Assembly (NCBI GenBank): GCA_013286805.1
Contig: JABDEY010000005.1
Coordinates: 1-56,603, forward strand
Length of the DNA: 56,603 bases
Origin: Bacteroidota bacterium
GTDB lineage: Bacteria; Bacteroidota; Bacteroidia; JABDFU01
Reading direction: 5' to 3'
The notes under the pieces are model-generated. The model made no database searches, had not been told where the DNA came from, and was given only the letters and a program-made list of their open reading frames with translations. Positions 26,693 to 37,100 of the stretch are shown here, one piece after another. A program made the translations under genes and the position numbers. Numbering within the stretch: position 1 is the stretch's first letter; every line of letters begins with the position of its first letter.

Positions 26693-27844
26693 ATGGATAG
26701 TGTAAATTCCTTTTCTGAACGACCTGCTTACGATTTTATAATAATAGGCCAGGGCTTGGCTGGCACAGTCCTTACTCATACACTTCTTGAACGAGGCAAA
26801 AGAGTTCTGGTAATAGACGAGGGAAATGTTTCCTCCTGTTCAAAAGTGGCTGCCGGATTATTCAATCCCATAGTTTTCAAGCGTCTGACCAAGAGCTGGA
26901 TGATAGACGAACTAAGTCCTGTAGCTGAAAATTTTTACGGAGGGCTGGAACAGAAGCTTGGCAGTAGATTATTTTCCCCAAGGGAACTCGTTAAATTATT
27001 CACGGGGGACAACGAAAAACAATTCTGGATCAAAAAAGCCAAAGAAGAAGGGTTAAAAAACTATTTATCCGGAACAATTGAAAAAAACAATTTTCCGGAA
27101 GCAATAAAAAACTCAGCAGGGGCCGGAAAAGTTAAAAATGCCGGACAAGTGGACGTTAAAAAAATGCTTGATCTGTCCCGTGACTTTTTCAAAGAGCAGG
27201 GTATACTTTTGGAAGAAAGATGTTCTTATACAGATATTATAGTGAAATCAGATTCAATTGTTTATAAAAACAATCACGCAAAAAAAATAATTTTCTGTGA
27301 AGGCTACCAGACAACTGAAAACCCTTGGTTCAATTGGCTGCCTTTCAAACTGACAAAAGGAGAAATTATAACCATCAAATTGGAGACAGCCGGATTCAAT
27401 ATCAACTCCCTTTCCGGATCACTTTCTTCCGGTTGGCTAAGTGAAAATTCAGTCCTTATAAAGGGCATTTTCATTGCACCCGTGGGGGACAACACGTATA
27501 AGGTGGGAGCGACTCATAACTGGGAGGAGCTGAACGAAACTCCATCAGAGAAAGGCAGGCAGGAATTAATACGAAATTTAGACCAGGTGCTGAATGTTCC
27601 TTATAAAATAATAGCTCAGGAAGCCGGTATACGGCCTGCTGTTCAGGATCGTCGTCCTTTGATTGGTTTTCACGCGGAGCACCATAACCTGCTTGTATTC
27701 AATGGAATGGGTACAAAGGGCGTAATGCTTGCTCCCTATTTTGCAGCTCATTTTGCAGGAGTTTTACAAGGGAAAGAAATCCTCAGTAAAGAAGTCGATA
27801 TTTTAAGATACTGGCCTAAGAGTGTAGTTGGAACAGGGAATTAA
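26693..27844 (+). CDS. FAD-dependent oxidoreductase (DAO family)
   Basis: IIIGQGLAG Rossmann motif, SKVAAGLFNP, AGIRP and NGMGTKG. The start could instead be TTG 26672. Confidence 0.88.
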   Translation: MDSVNSFSERPAYDFIIIGQGLAGTVLTHTLLERGKRVLVIDEGNVSSCSKVAAGLFNPIVFKRLTKSWMIDELSPVAENFYGGLEQKLGSRLFSPRELVKLFTGDNEKQFWIKKAKEEGLKNYLSGTIEKNNFPEAIKNSAGAGKVKNAGQVDVKKMLDLSRDFFKEQGILLEERCSYTDIIVKSDSIVYKNNHAKKIIFCEGYQTTENPWFNWLPFKLTKGEIITIKLETAGFNINSLSGSLSSGWLSENSVLIKGIFIAPVGDNTYKVGATHNWEELNETPSEKGRQELIRNLDQVLNVPYKIIAQEAGIRPAVQDRRPLIGFHAEHHNLLVFNGMGTKGVMLAPYFAAHFAGVLQGKEILSKEVDILRYWPKSVVGTGN

Positions 27845-27948
27845 TTTTTTTATGGAAATTTGATTCATATTGCATCTTCTATTCGAATTAAGCGGGAAGG
27901 AATACTCCGGCATAGAAAAACCAATTGAAACAATCGAAATATATACGG

Positions 27949-30900
27949 ATGAATCCTAAAAAATATTTTTTTCTTAGCCTCCTCCTTTTGGTAATTACCT
28001 CTGCCTCCATCAGCATGTTCAGCTTCAAAACGAAAGATGAACCGGTAATGCTTAGTTTTCCTAAAGGAAGTACCTACGAAAAGGAATGGAAAAAGACAGA
28101 TTCCCTTGTTAAACTGGGCCTTACGGTATCAGCTCTGGATGTCGTGGATGCTATTTATAAAAAGGGAAAAACAGATGCAAATGCTGCCCAATTGGTTAAG
28201 TCAATTATGTACCGTCTTCGCCTGAAGCAGCAGGTACAGGAAAATGCGAATTTCAATGCCATAGCTGACCTGAACGAGGAAATAAAAAAGTCTTCCTTCC
28301 CTCTTACTCCGATTCTGCATTCTATTCTGGCCGAACTGTATCAGCAGTATTATACTCAAAACCGTTGGAAATTCAGCCAGCGTACACAGGTCGTAAGTGT
28401 TAATCAGGAGGATATCTCCACCTGGGATTTAAAAATGCTCTTCGATCAGATTATCAAACACCACCTGCAGGCTTTAATAAATAGTGACAGCCTTCGACGC
28501 ACTCCTTTGAATATGTATGATGCCATTCTTGAGGGAGCGACAATGGACTCCCGTAAGCTTAGACCTGCATTGTATGATTTTATCGCACACCGTGCCCTTG
28601 ATTTTTTAATGAATGATGAGCCTGACGTGATACGGCCTGCTTATAAATTTGAATTAACCTCAGCAGATTATTTTAAGCCTTCCTCGGAGTTTTCTAAACT
28701 CAGCATCAGCACCCGGGACACATTGAGTACCAAGTATTATGCTACCCGCATTTTGCAGGACCTGCTCGCCTTTCATTCCGGAGATACGGATCCATCGGCT
28801 CTTATTGATGCCGACCTCAAACGCTTGAATTTTGTAAAAAACCATTCCGCTACAGGCATGAACGATAGCCTCTATTTGCAGGCCCTGCTTTTACTTGAAC
28901 AACAATTTATCAACTATCCTTCGTCGGCAGAAGTGAGTTTAACAATTGCGCAGGTATATGCAGAAAAAGCAAAAAAATACGATCCCCGCAGGCAAGAGGA
29001 CACTGAACCTGAGCGTACGGATAAGTGGCTGAATAAAAAAGCGCTTGAAAAATGTGAACTGGCCCTCAGGGGATTTCCGCAATCTTTTGGTGCCAGGCAA
29101 TGTCAGAATCTTGAAGTCACCATAAAAGCTAAAAGCATGTCCTTCACACTCGAAAAGGTAAACCTCGTTCATAAACCTTTCCGCGCATATTTGTCATACA
29201 AAAATATAAAAAAACTCTATGCCAGAGTAGTTTCTGCGGATTTCGAAAAGGTTAATAGTAATCACAATTACTATGGGGGAGCGAATTCCAAAGAGCTGAT
29301 AAAGGAATACTTAAATAATCAGGCGTTAAAAGAGTGGAGTATGGATGTACCTGATGATGGAGATTATCAAACCCATTACCTCGAATTTAAAATACCTGAA
29401 CTCAACCCTGGATATTACATCGTCCTTTTAAGTGCTGACCCCGGATTTGAAATGACAGATAACGGCATTGCATACGATTTTACCTGGGTGTCTGATTTGA
29501 GTTTTATTAACCGCCGTCTGGGCGATGGAGGCTTTGAATTTCATGTCATCAACCGGGAAACAGGTACTCCGGTGAAAGGAGCAACTGCAAACTTGTGGTA
29601 TAACAGGTACAACGCATCTTCCCGTAAATACGAATCTGTAAAATCTGCCACTTATACTACCGATGAACAAGGCTATTTTATGGCATCAGCGGATGCAAAC
29701 TATGCAGATTTTGAAGTGGAACTGATTAAGGATAAGGATCATTGCCGGACAGAGAGTGGTCTGTATATGTATCGTCAAACCTCAGCTGAAGCTGCAATGT
29801 CACCACATACTACCCTATTTACAGACAGGGCTATATACAGGCCCGGGCAAACCATTTACTTCAAAGGCATCCTGATCAATACGAATGGAAAACGAAATGA
29901 AATTTTGGCCGGCCATTCAGTAACAGTGACATTTAAAGATGTCAACGCTCAGAAAATTTCATCACTTGATCTTACCACCAATGAATATGGCTCTTATAGT
30001 GGAACATTTACGGCTCCCAATGGTTCTCTTAATGGGCAGATGATTATTGGAGACACATATGGATCAGTAACGATAGCAGTAGAGGATTATAAACGCCCTG
30101 AATTTGAAGTCAGGTTTTCCCCTCTGAAGGGTAGTTTTCGCCTGAATGATTCTATTCGCATTCAGGGAACAGCCAAAGCTTACTCAGGATCCAATGTGGA
30201 AGGAGCACAGGTAAAATACCGGGTTCTGCGCAAAGCATCTTTCCCGTATTGGTGGTGGTCATGCAGAGGAACTAATCCCAGTTCCCCTCAGATGGAAATT
30301 GCCAATGGGGTAACAATGACCAACGATACAGGGGGATATATAATTAAATTCAAAGCCATTCCGGATAGAAGCATTCAGCAGGCTTCTTCCCCTACATTTA
30401 CATATACCATTTCTGCAGATATAACCGATATAAACGGAGAAACACACAGTTCAGAAACCAATGTTTCCTTGTCTGAGCGATCCCTTAATCTTAGCGTTGC
30501 TATTCCGGCCGAAATAAACAGAGAAAAGGAGAAACAATTTGTAATCACGACTACCAATACGGACAATGTAGTTGAAGCTGCCGCCGGAAGAATTGAAATT
30601 TATAAGCTTATTCAACCGGATAAGGTTTTCAGGAGCAGAGAATGGGAGAAACCCGATCGTTTTATAATGAGAAAAGAGGAATACTATTCTGCGTTTCCTG
30701 CCGATGTCTACGCGGATGAAAATAACATGCTCAAATGGGAAAAGGGAGAAAAGGTGCTGGAGGGTACTTTTGATACGGATAGTAATAAAGCAGAGAAGGA
30801 CGTTTCTAAAAAGGATAATTTTTCGAATAGATTTTCCAACAAATTGGTTATAGATAACCTGAATACCTGGAAACCGGGAACCTATCTGTTGGAAGCACAT

Positions 30901-33900
30901 GCCCTGGATAAATCCGGGCAGGATGTAAAAGACATCCGGTATTTTACTTTATACGCTGAAAAGACAACTGATCTGCCTGTGAATAGCCCGGACTGGTTTA
31001 CAATGATAAAAAGTGAAGCCCAACCCGGAGAAAAAGCTTCCTTTTGTATAGGTTCCGGAGAAAGTGATGTAAAAGTTCTTTATGAATTGGAAGAACAAAA
31101 CAGAATTACAAGGCAGGAATGGATCACGCTCAGCCATGAACAGAAGCGTATAGAAATTCCAATCGAAGAGAAATACAGGGGCAACATTGCGTTGCATTGC
31201 ACCTTTGTAAAAAATAATCGGGAATATACGCACAGTTCAGTGATTACTGTTCCCTGGACCAATAAGGAACTGGCCATCAGCTTCGAAACGTTCCGGGATA
31301 AATTGCAGCCCGGACAAAAGGAAGAATGGAAAATTAAAATCAAAGATAAAAGGGGTGACAAACTCATGGCGGAAATGATGGCCACACTATATGATGCTTC
31401 CCTCGATGCTTTCCGTGCCAATAACTGGTATTTTGATATTTATACAAGCTATTATGCTACACTTCCTTGGGAAAGTTCCCTCGCGTTTGGGATACGCGGT
31501 TCTCAACTTTATTCCGACAACCGGAATACTGCCCGGAAAGGGTCCTCCCCTTCCCGAACATACGACCAGTTAAACTGGTTCGGGTATAATCAGTACAATC
31601 AGTATCATACCAGATATGGAATAACAGCTTCTGTGCCAGCTAAAAAGGCATTTGCCGGAGCTTCCCCGGCAATGGATGAAACCACCGCCACTCTTGAAAC
31701 TGTAAATGGTAATACGTCTACCGCTCTGCCGGCTGCTGCAGGAGTTTATAAACCTGATAACGGAGGGAAGAATAACGATGAGCCAAATGAAAGTAAGGAC
31801 AAGCGATCCGACCCTAACCAAGGTCTAACGGAAATAAAGGCCAGGGCTAACTTCAATGAAACTGCATTCTTCTACCCCCGGCTTCAAACAGATGAACAAG
31901 GCAACATCATTCTGAAATTCACCATCCCGGAAGCTCTTACCCGTTGGAAAATGATGGGACTTGCTTATACCAAAGACCTTAAATATGGGCTAATAACTAA
32001 AGAATTGGTTACTCAGAAGGAATTAATGATTACACCTAACGCTCCCCGTTTTCTCAGGGAAAATGATAGAATTGAATTCACGGCCAAGGTGACGAATCTT
32101 AGTTCAGCCGACCTCTCCGGTACCGCACAACTATTTCTATACGATGCCATTACAATGAAAGAAATGAATCCCGCCTTAGTAAGCTCATTTACTGTAAAAA
32201 AGGGGTTAAGCGCACCTTTGAAATGGGACCTCGAAATCCCCGAAGGAATAGGCGCCATCACCTATAAAGTAGTTGCCAAAGCGGGTAATTATAGTGATGG
32301 GGAGGAAATGATCCTCCCTGTATTATCAAACCGCATGCTTGTTACGGAATCCATACCTCTGTACGTGGGCAGCAAGCAAACCAAAACCTTCCAATTTGAA
32401 AAATTCATCAGCCAGAATGCTGGCTCAGCTACCCTAAGAAATCACAAACTGACGCTTGAATTTTCAGCTAACCCTGCCTGGTATGCAATACAGGCACTCC
32501 CCTACCTGATGGAGTATCCTTATGATTGTGCTGAACAAACATTCTCCCGGTTCTATGCCAACAGCATAGCCTCCTTTATTGCAAACTCTTCTCCTAAGAT
32601 AAAGGCTGTATTCGATTCCTGGCAGTCGCAAAATCCGGAAGCCTTGCTTTCTAATCTTGAAAAAAACCAGGAATTAAAATCTTTGGTTTTAGAAGAAACA
32701 CCCTGGGTGGCGGAAGCAAAAAACGAAACAGAACGTAAAAATCGTGTAGCCCTTTTATTCAATCTCAATCACATGTCAAATGAACTTGAACATGCTCTGG
32801 GGAAGCTGCAAAAGATGCAATTATCAAATGGGGGATGGCCCTGGTTTGAGGGTATGCCCGATGACCGTTACATCACACAACATATCATTACAGGAATGGG
32901 GCACCTGGATCACCTCGGGGTGAAAAAAATGCAGGCTGACCCCAGGACCTGGAATATGGTAAAAAGCGGAATAAATTATTCAGACGAGCGCATCCGGGAA
33001 GATTATGATTGGATAATGCAGCACGAAAAAAATCCGGAAGAAGATCACATGAATTATGAGCAAATCCAATACCTCTATGCACGCAGTTATTTTCCTATTC
33101 CGGTCTCTTCCCGCAACCAAAAAAGCTTTGATTATTTCAAGAGGCAGGCACACAAATACTGGATGAACAAAGGCCGTTATATGCAAGGAATGATCGCCCT
33201 GGCTTTAAATCGATGTGATGATAACACGACCCCGGCTCAAATCCTTAAGTCTTTAAAAGAGAATTCCATTACCAGCGAAGAAATGGGTATGTACTGGAAA
33301 GAGAATTACGATGGATTCTGTTGGTGGGAAGCACCTGTTGAATCACAGGCTCTTATGGTGGAAGTCTTTGATGAGGTCGGGCATGATAAGAAGGCCGTTG
33401 ACGATTTAAAAGTCTGGCTCCTTAAAAGTAAACAAACCCAAAACTGGTCCAATACCAAAGCGACTACGGAGGCTTGCTATGCCTTGCTCTTACGGGGCGC
33501 AGATTTACTTTCCACAGAGTCACAGGTAGAAATAAAAATGGGTAATGTAATCGTGTATACTAAAGGTCCGGAAACGAGCTCAGGGAAAATAACCAGGCCG
33601 GAAGCCGGAACTGGTTACTTCAAAACTTCCTGGACAGGTACCGAAATCAAACCTGAAATGGGAAATATTACTGTAAGTAAAAAAGACCAAGGCATAAGTT
33701 GGGGGGCACTTTACTGGCAATATTTTGAACAATTGGACAAAATAACCCGGTCCAAAACACCTGTTCAGCTGGTAAAAAAACTATTCCTGGAACGGAACAC
33801 GGATGCTGGACCGGTGCTCAGCCTCATTGACACAAAAACAGCTCTCCATCCTGGCGACAAAATTAAAGTAAGGATAGAGCTTAGAGTTGACCGGGACATG

Positions 33901-34182
33901 CAATATGTTCATATGAAAGATATGCGCGCCTCTGGTTTAGAACCTGTAAATGTCCTATCCCGCTACAAATGGCAGGACGGATTGGGTTATTACGAAAGTA
34001 CCCGGGATGCATCAACTAATTTTTTCATTGCCAGGCTCCCCAAAGGAAGTTATATCTTTGAGTATCCTTTGCGTGTCACACACAACGGAGATTTCTCAAA
34101 TGGGATAACCAGCATTGAATGTATGTATGCTCCGGAATTTGCAAGTCACTCTGAAGGAATAAGAATTAAAGTAGGAAATTAA
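27949..34182 (+). CDS. Bacterial alpha-2-macroglobulin
   Basis: FTDRAIYRPGQ (MG2), RANFNETAFFYP, thioester PYDCAEQ (32518-32538), QLSNGGWPWF and MYAPEF. Signal peptide from ATG 27949. Confidence 0.93.
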   Translation: MNPKKYFFLSLLLLVITSASISMFSFKTKDEPVMLSFPKGSTYEKEWKKTDSLVKLGLTVSALDVVDAIYKKGKTDANAAQLVKSIMYRLRLKQQVQENANFNAIADLNEEIKKSSFPLTPILHSILAELYQQYYTQNRWKFSQRTQVVSVNQEDISTWDLKMLFDQIIKHHLQALINSDSLRRTPLNMYDAILEGATMDSRKLRPALYDFIAHRALDFLMNDEPDVIRPAYKFELTSADYFKPSSEFSKLSISTRDTLSTKYYATRILQDLLAFHSGDTDPSALIDADLKRLNFVKNHSATGMNDSLYLQALLLLEQQFINYPSSAEVSLTIAQVYAEKAKKYDPRRQEDTEPERTDKWLNKKALEKCELALRGFPQSFGARQCQNLEVTIKAKSMSFTLEKVNLVHKPFRAYLSYKNIKKLYARVVSADFEKVNSNHNYYGGANSKELIKEYLNNQALKEWSMDVPDDGDYQTHYLEFKIPELNPGYYIVLLSADPGFEMTDNGIAYDFTWVSDLSFINRRLGDGGFEFHVINRETGTPVKGATANLWYNRYNASSRKYESVKSATYTTDEQGYFMASADANYADFEVELIKDKDHCRTESGLYMYRQTSAEAAMSPHTTLFTDRAIYRPGQTIYFKGILINTNGKRNEILAGHSVTVTFKDVNAQKISSLDLTTNEYGSYSGTFTAPNGSLNGQMIIGDTYGSVTIAVEDYKRPEFEVRFSPLKGSFRLNDSIRIQGTAKAYSGSNVEGAQVKYRVLRKASFPYWWWSCRGTNPSSPQMEIANGVTMTNDTGGYIIKFKAIPDRSIQQASSPTFTYTISADITDINGETHSSETNVSLSERSLNLSVAIPAEINREKEKQFVITTTNTDNVVEAAAGRIEIYKLIQPDKVFRSREWEKPDRFIMRKEEYYSAFPADVYADENNMLKWEKGEKVLEGTFDTDSNKAEKDVSKKDNFSNRFSNKLVIDNLNTWKPGTYLLEAHALDKSGQDVKDIRYFTLYAEKTTDLPVNSPDWFTMIKSEAQPGEKASFCIGSGESDVKVLYELEEQNRITRQEWITLSHEQKRIEIPIEEKYRGNIALHCTFVKNNREYTHSSVITVPWTNKELAISFETFRDKLQPGQKEEWKIKIKDKRGDKLMAEMMATLYDASLDAFRANNWYFDIYTSYYATLPWESSLAFGIRGSQLYSDNRNTARKGSSPSRTYDQLNWFGYNQYNQYHTRYGITASVPAKKAFAGASPAMDETTATLETVNGNTSTALPAAAGVYKPDNGGKNNDEPNESKDKRSDPNQGLTEIKARANFNETAFFYPRLQTDEQGNIILKFTIPEALTRWKMMGLAYTKDLKYGLITKELVTQKELMITPNAPRFLRENDRIEFTAKVTNLSSADLSGTAQLFLYDAITMKEMNPALVSSFTVKKGLSAPLKWDLEIPEGIGAITYKVVAKAGNYSDGEEMILPVLSNRMLVTESIPLYVGSKQTKTFQFEKFISQNAGSATLRNHKLTLEFSANPAWYAIQALPYLMEYPYDCAEQTFSRFYANSIASFIANSSPKIKAVFDSWQSQNPEALLSNLEKNQELKSLVLEETPWVAEAKNETERKNRVALLFNLNHMSNELEHALGKLQKMQLSNGGWPWFEGMPDDRYITQHIITGMGHLDHLGVKKMQADPRTWNMVKSGINYSDERIREDYDWIMQHEKNPEEDHMNYEQIQYLYARSYFPIPVSSRNQKSFDYFKRQAHKYWMNKGRYMQGMIALALNRCDDNTTPAQILKSLKENSITSEEMGMYWKENYDGFCWWEAPVESQALMVEVFDEVGHDKKAVDDLKVWLLKSKQTQNWSNTKATTEACYALLLRGADLLSTESQVEIKMGNVIVYTKGPETSSGKITRPEAGTGYFKTSWTGTEIKPEMGNITVSKKDQGISWGALYWQYFEQLDKITRSKTPVQLVKKLFLERNTDAGPVLSLIDTKTALHPGDKIKVRIELRVDRDMQYVHMKDMRASGLEPVNVLSRYKWQDGLGYYESTRDASTNFFIARLPKGSYIFEYPLRVTHNGDFSNGITSIECMYAPEFASHSEGIRIKVGN

Positions 34183-34209
34183 AATACAGTTCCCGGACAA
34201 ATTTTGCCC

Positions 34210-34629
34210 ATGGCAAAAACCACGCTCGACATAAAATATGAATACGACTTTATCCTTATTGGCATTTCCTGCCACGAAAAGGAGTATCGTTTGAGTTGGG
34301 CACTCAATCAAAGCCTTCACTTTGAGCTGGAAAGAAGGAAGGACATGCAGATCGAATTGAAAAAGCAATCAGAACCACTCTCTTATCCTTTTTTTGAATA
34401 CGATGATGTAGAAAACTACCGTAAATATTATTTGATTTCGAACAAGTGTACAGGAGGAATGTTGCTGCCTGAACAAAAGCAGGCAGATTTTTTGTTAATG
34501 ATTAAGGGGACCATCCGCCCCCCGGAAAAAATAAGTATTATTAAGGCAATAAAAGAGATTCAACTTGTGCTCACTGCATTTGAAATAAATCCGGAACAGT
34601 TGAAATCCAGGGAAAATTTGCTATTCTGA
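34210..34629 (+). CDS. IPExxxVDY family protein
   Basis: YDFILIGISCHEKEYRLSWALN, LLPEQKQADFLL and C-terminal LKSRENLLF. Confidence 0.85.
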   Translation: MAKTTLDIKYEYDFILIGISCHEKEYRLSWALNQSLHFELERRKDMQIELKKQSEPLSYPFFEYDDVENYRKYYLISNKCTGGMLLPEQKQADFLLMIKGTIRPPEKISIIKAIKEIQLVLTAFEINPEQLKSRENLLF

Positions 34630-34651
34630 ACCGTACAAATCTTCCATTTAT

Positions 34652-37060
34652 TTAAGCTCCTAAGTTAAAGGTAAGCCGGATAGCAAAAGTGCGGGGTGGC
34701 TCTATCTTCAAGGGGCGCAGGGAATATTCTAAATTGGTCAGATTATTTACCACGAAAGCAGCCTTGCATCTTTTTGTAACATCCATTCCTATTCTTGCAT
34801 CAAATACATTTATACCGGAATTATGAGCTTCCCGGTATTGCTGGATCCCAAAAATATCATTGACGGTGGGAGAATAAAATAAAGCATCGATGTTCTGCAT
34901 ATAACTGTAATAACGCCAGTCCCCTCCGATGAAATATTTTTTATAAGTGAGTTGAAGATCAATTTTTGCGATGTGCTGGAAGCGGTATTTCAGTATGTTA
35001 TTTGCGGTGTTAGTGCTGTTTGATGCATAGGACATCTTATTACCTGCACTGTCTTTGGCATATACATAGTTAGGATTCATGGCCTGTGGAAGGGTATAGG
35101 TATAATCAGCCAATACGTCAATCGTCAGATTTCTGCTTATTTTTCCTTCGCCAGGCAGGGATACCTCTATTCCCCGGACTTCCGTAGCTCCTGTATTGAG
35201 GTATTCGAAACCGTTAACAGGGTTTGGAGGTACCCAGGGAAATGGCTGGTTGTGCCCCCAGCAGCCATACGTTATCTCAATCGTATTCTGATACTCCTGC
35301 CAGAATGCAGCTACATCCAGAAAGCCGGTAAAATTATTTATTTTGAATCCCTGCTTCATTCCAATTTCGGCATTCCAGCTTGATTCGGGGTTTAAATTTG
35401 GGTTTGCAAAAACCGGAAAGCCCCCGATATTGGTTTCTATGTATTTTTCAGTAATACTTGGATAACGGTATCCTTGCCCGAAAGAAGCCCGTAAAAAGCT
35501 GGCCTGAGCCAGCTGATAATTCAGTCCGGTTCGGAAAATAGGCTTGGTTACAATCTTCTGATCATTCATGATGAATGTTTCTTCCCTGAATCCAAGAGAA
35601 GTATTCAGTTTCTTCCACAATTTTTTATCGGCCTGAACATACCCTGCATAATTCTGAAGATGGTTTTTGGGTAAAATACCGCTAACGGGAATTCCAGACC
35701 AGGCATAAGTTTGACTCATGCTAATCCCTCCTGTAAGGTTGATACCATTGTCCAATGTTTTGGTTAACTGGTATTCGCTGTAGATGACATAAGAATGGTT
35801 AAAAGTAGTAGTGTTGCCATTGTAGCCATAATCATTCTGAGAATAAAAATAACGGGTCCGGAAACTCTGATTCCAACCGGTTTTGGAATAGTAATTGACA
35901 AAAGGATCCACATAAAAAATCTGTTGTTTCTGCAGTGTCATGGTATTTGGAAATGACCTGTAAATGTTGGAACCAGAAGAATCCCAGACAAGAGAGACAT
36001 TATTCGAGGTGTACATAAAATTTCCGTTTATCCCATAATTCAGATTGGGATTAGATAAGGGCCGGTAGCGCAGATTCAAATTCACCCTTCCCGTCTGTTC
36101 GCCTACCTGATTATCATTTACAAGTGTATCTGTACGGGTAGTTTTGGGCGGCGGTTGAGGACCGATATAACCATGATCATAAATCCCCATACCTCCAATC
36201 ACCAGATCCAGTTGTCCTATTTTTTCAGAGTGCATAAAACTGGTACTCGAAAAATTAGCTATGCCGGGCCACCATTTTGTGTTCTCTCCGCTGGGAATAT
36301 CATACTCCCCGGTAGAGACGGAAAACTTAGTGATGGCTTCATCCTTGGCATAAGCAGTACGCACATTAATACTTCCGCTTAAAGCAGAGGATCCATAGGT
36401 GACAGAAGAAGCGCCCTTTATTACTTCAACCTGCTCTACATTTTCAAGAGGAATAAAATTCCACTCCAGTCTGCCTCCATCTCCCCCTAACGCAGGTAAT
36501 CCATCAATTAAAATAGCAACCCGGCTCCCAACGCCAAAATTAAAACCGCTTCCCCCGCGAATCTGCGGTTCGCCATCTAAAATATTTAAGCCGGGCACCT
36601 GGTTCAATACACCTTTGATATTGGTAGAATTTTTGTTTTCGATCAGCTTGGGCTTGATAACTTCCATGGAAACGGTAATTTCATCCAGCTTCTGCTCATA
36701 TTTACCGGCAGAAATAACCATAGTCTGCAATTGAGTGGCAGAAGATTGCAGGAGAAAATTATGCACCGACACTTTGGAAGAATCAAAGAAAACAGCAAAG
36801 GTGTCAGCCTGCATACCAATTGAGGTACAAATTATAGTATGCACACCATGACTTAAACGCAATTGGTAATTTCCATCCAAATCAGTAGCTGTGCCATGTG
36901 ATTTATCCTTTAGGTCGAAAACAGTTGCCCCAATCACGGCCTCTTTATTAGAAGCATCTGTTACAGTTCCTTTGAGCGAAGCCAGGCTCTGGGCTTGGTA
37001 GGACACGGAAGAGAAAATAAAAAACAGAAAAGGTAAAAAAAGTATTTTTTTTAACCCCAT
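34652..37060 (-). CDS. TonB-dependent receptor
   Basis: N-terminal carboxypeptidase-regulatory-like domain (GTVTD..EAVIGATV), plug IRGGSG...VEVIKGASSVTYGSSALSG, NPNLNPESSWNAEIG, and C-terminal NNLTN..PRTF. Signal peptide from ATG 37060. Confidence 0.92.
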   Translation of the reverse strand: MGLKKILFLPFLFFIFSSVSYQAQSLASLKGTVTDASNKEAVIGATVFDLKDKSHGTATDLDGNYQLRLSHGVHTIICTSIGMQADTFAVFFDSSKVSVHNFLLQSSATQLQTMVISAGKYEQKLDEITVSMEVIKPKLIENKNSTNIKGVLNQVPGLNILDGEPQIRGGSGFNFGVGSRVAILIDGLPALGGDGGRLEWNFIPLENVEQVEVIKGASSVTYGSSALSGSINVRTAYAKDEAITKFSVSTGEYDIPSGENTKWWPGIANFSSTSFMHSEKIGQLDLVIGGMGIYDHGYIGPQPPPKTTRTDTLVNDNQVGEQTGRVNLNLRYRPLSNPNLNYGINGNFMYTSNNVSLVWDSSGSNIYRSFPNTMTLQKQQIFYVDPFVNYYSKTGWNQSFRTRYFYSQNDYGYNGNTTTFNHSYVIYSEYQLTKTLDNGINLTGGISMSQTYAWSGIPVSGILPKNHLQNYAGYVQADKKLWKKLNTSLGFREETFIMNDQKIVTKPIFRTGLNYQLAQASFLRASFGQGYRYPSITEKYIETNIGGFPVFANPNLNPESSWNAEIGMKQGFKINNFTGFLDVAAFWQEYQNTIEITYGCWGHNQPFPWVPPNPVNGFEYLNTGATEVRGIEVSLPGEGKISRNLTIDVLADYTYTLPQAMNPNYVYAKDSAGNKMSYASNSTNTANNILKYRFQHIAKIDLQLTYKKYFIGGDWRYYSYMQNIDALFYSPTVNDIFGIQQYREAHNSGINVFDARIGMDVTKRCKAAFVVNNLTNLEYSLRPLKIEPPRTFAIRLTFNLGA

Positions 37061-37100
37061 ACTTATTATTAATTTACCAGCATAAGTATAATTTAAGCGA

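Noticed and set aside
28660-34368. Numerous short antisense ORFs inside alpha-2-macroglobulin (and similar ones inside other long genes, e.g. 94-660, 38540-38986, 51169-51717)
   Set aside because: Shadow or alternate-frame ORFs of well-supported genes, with no independent motifs.
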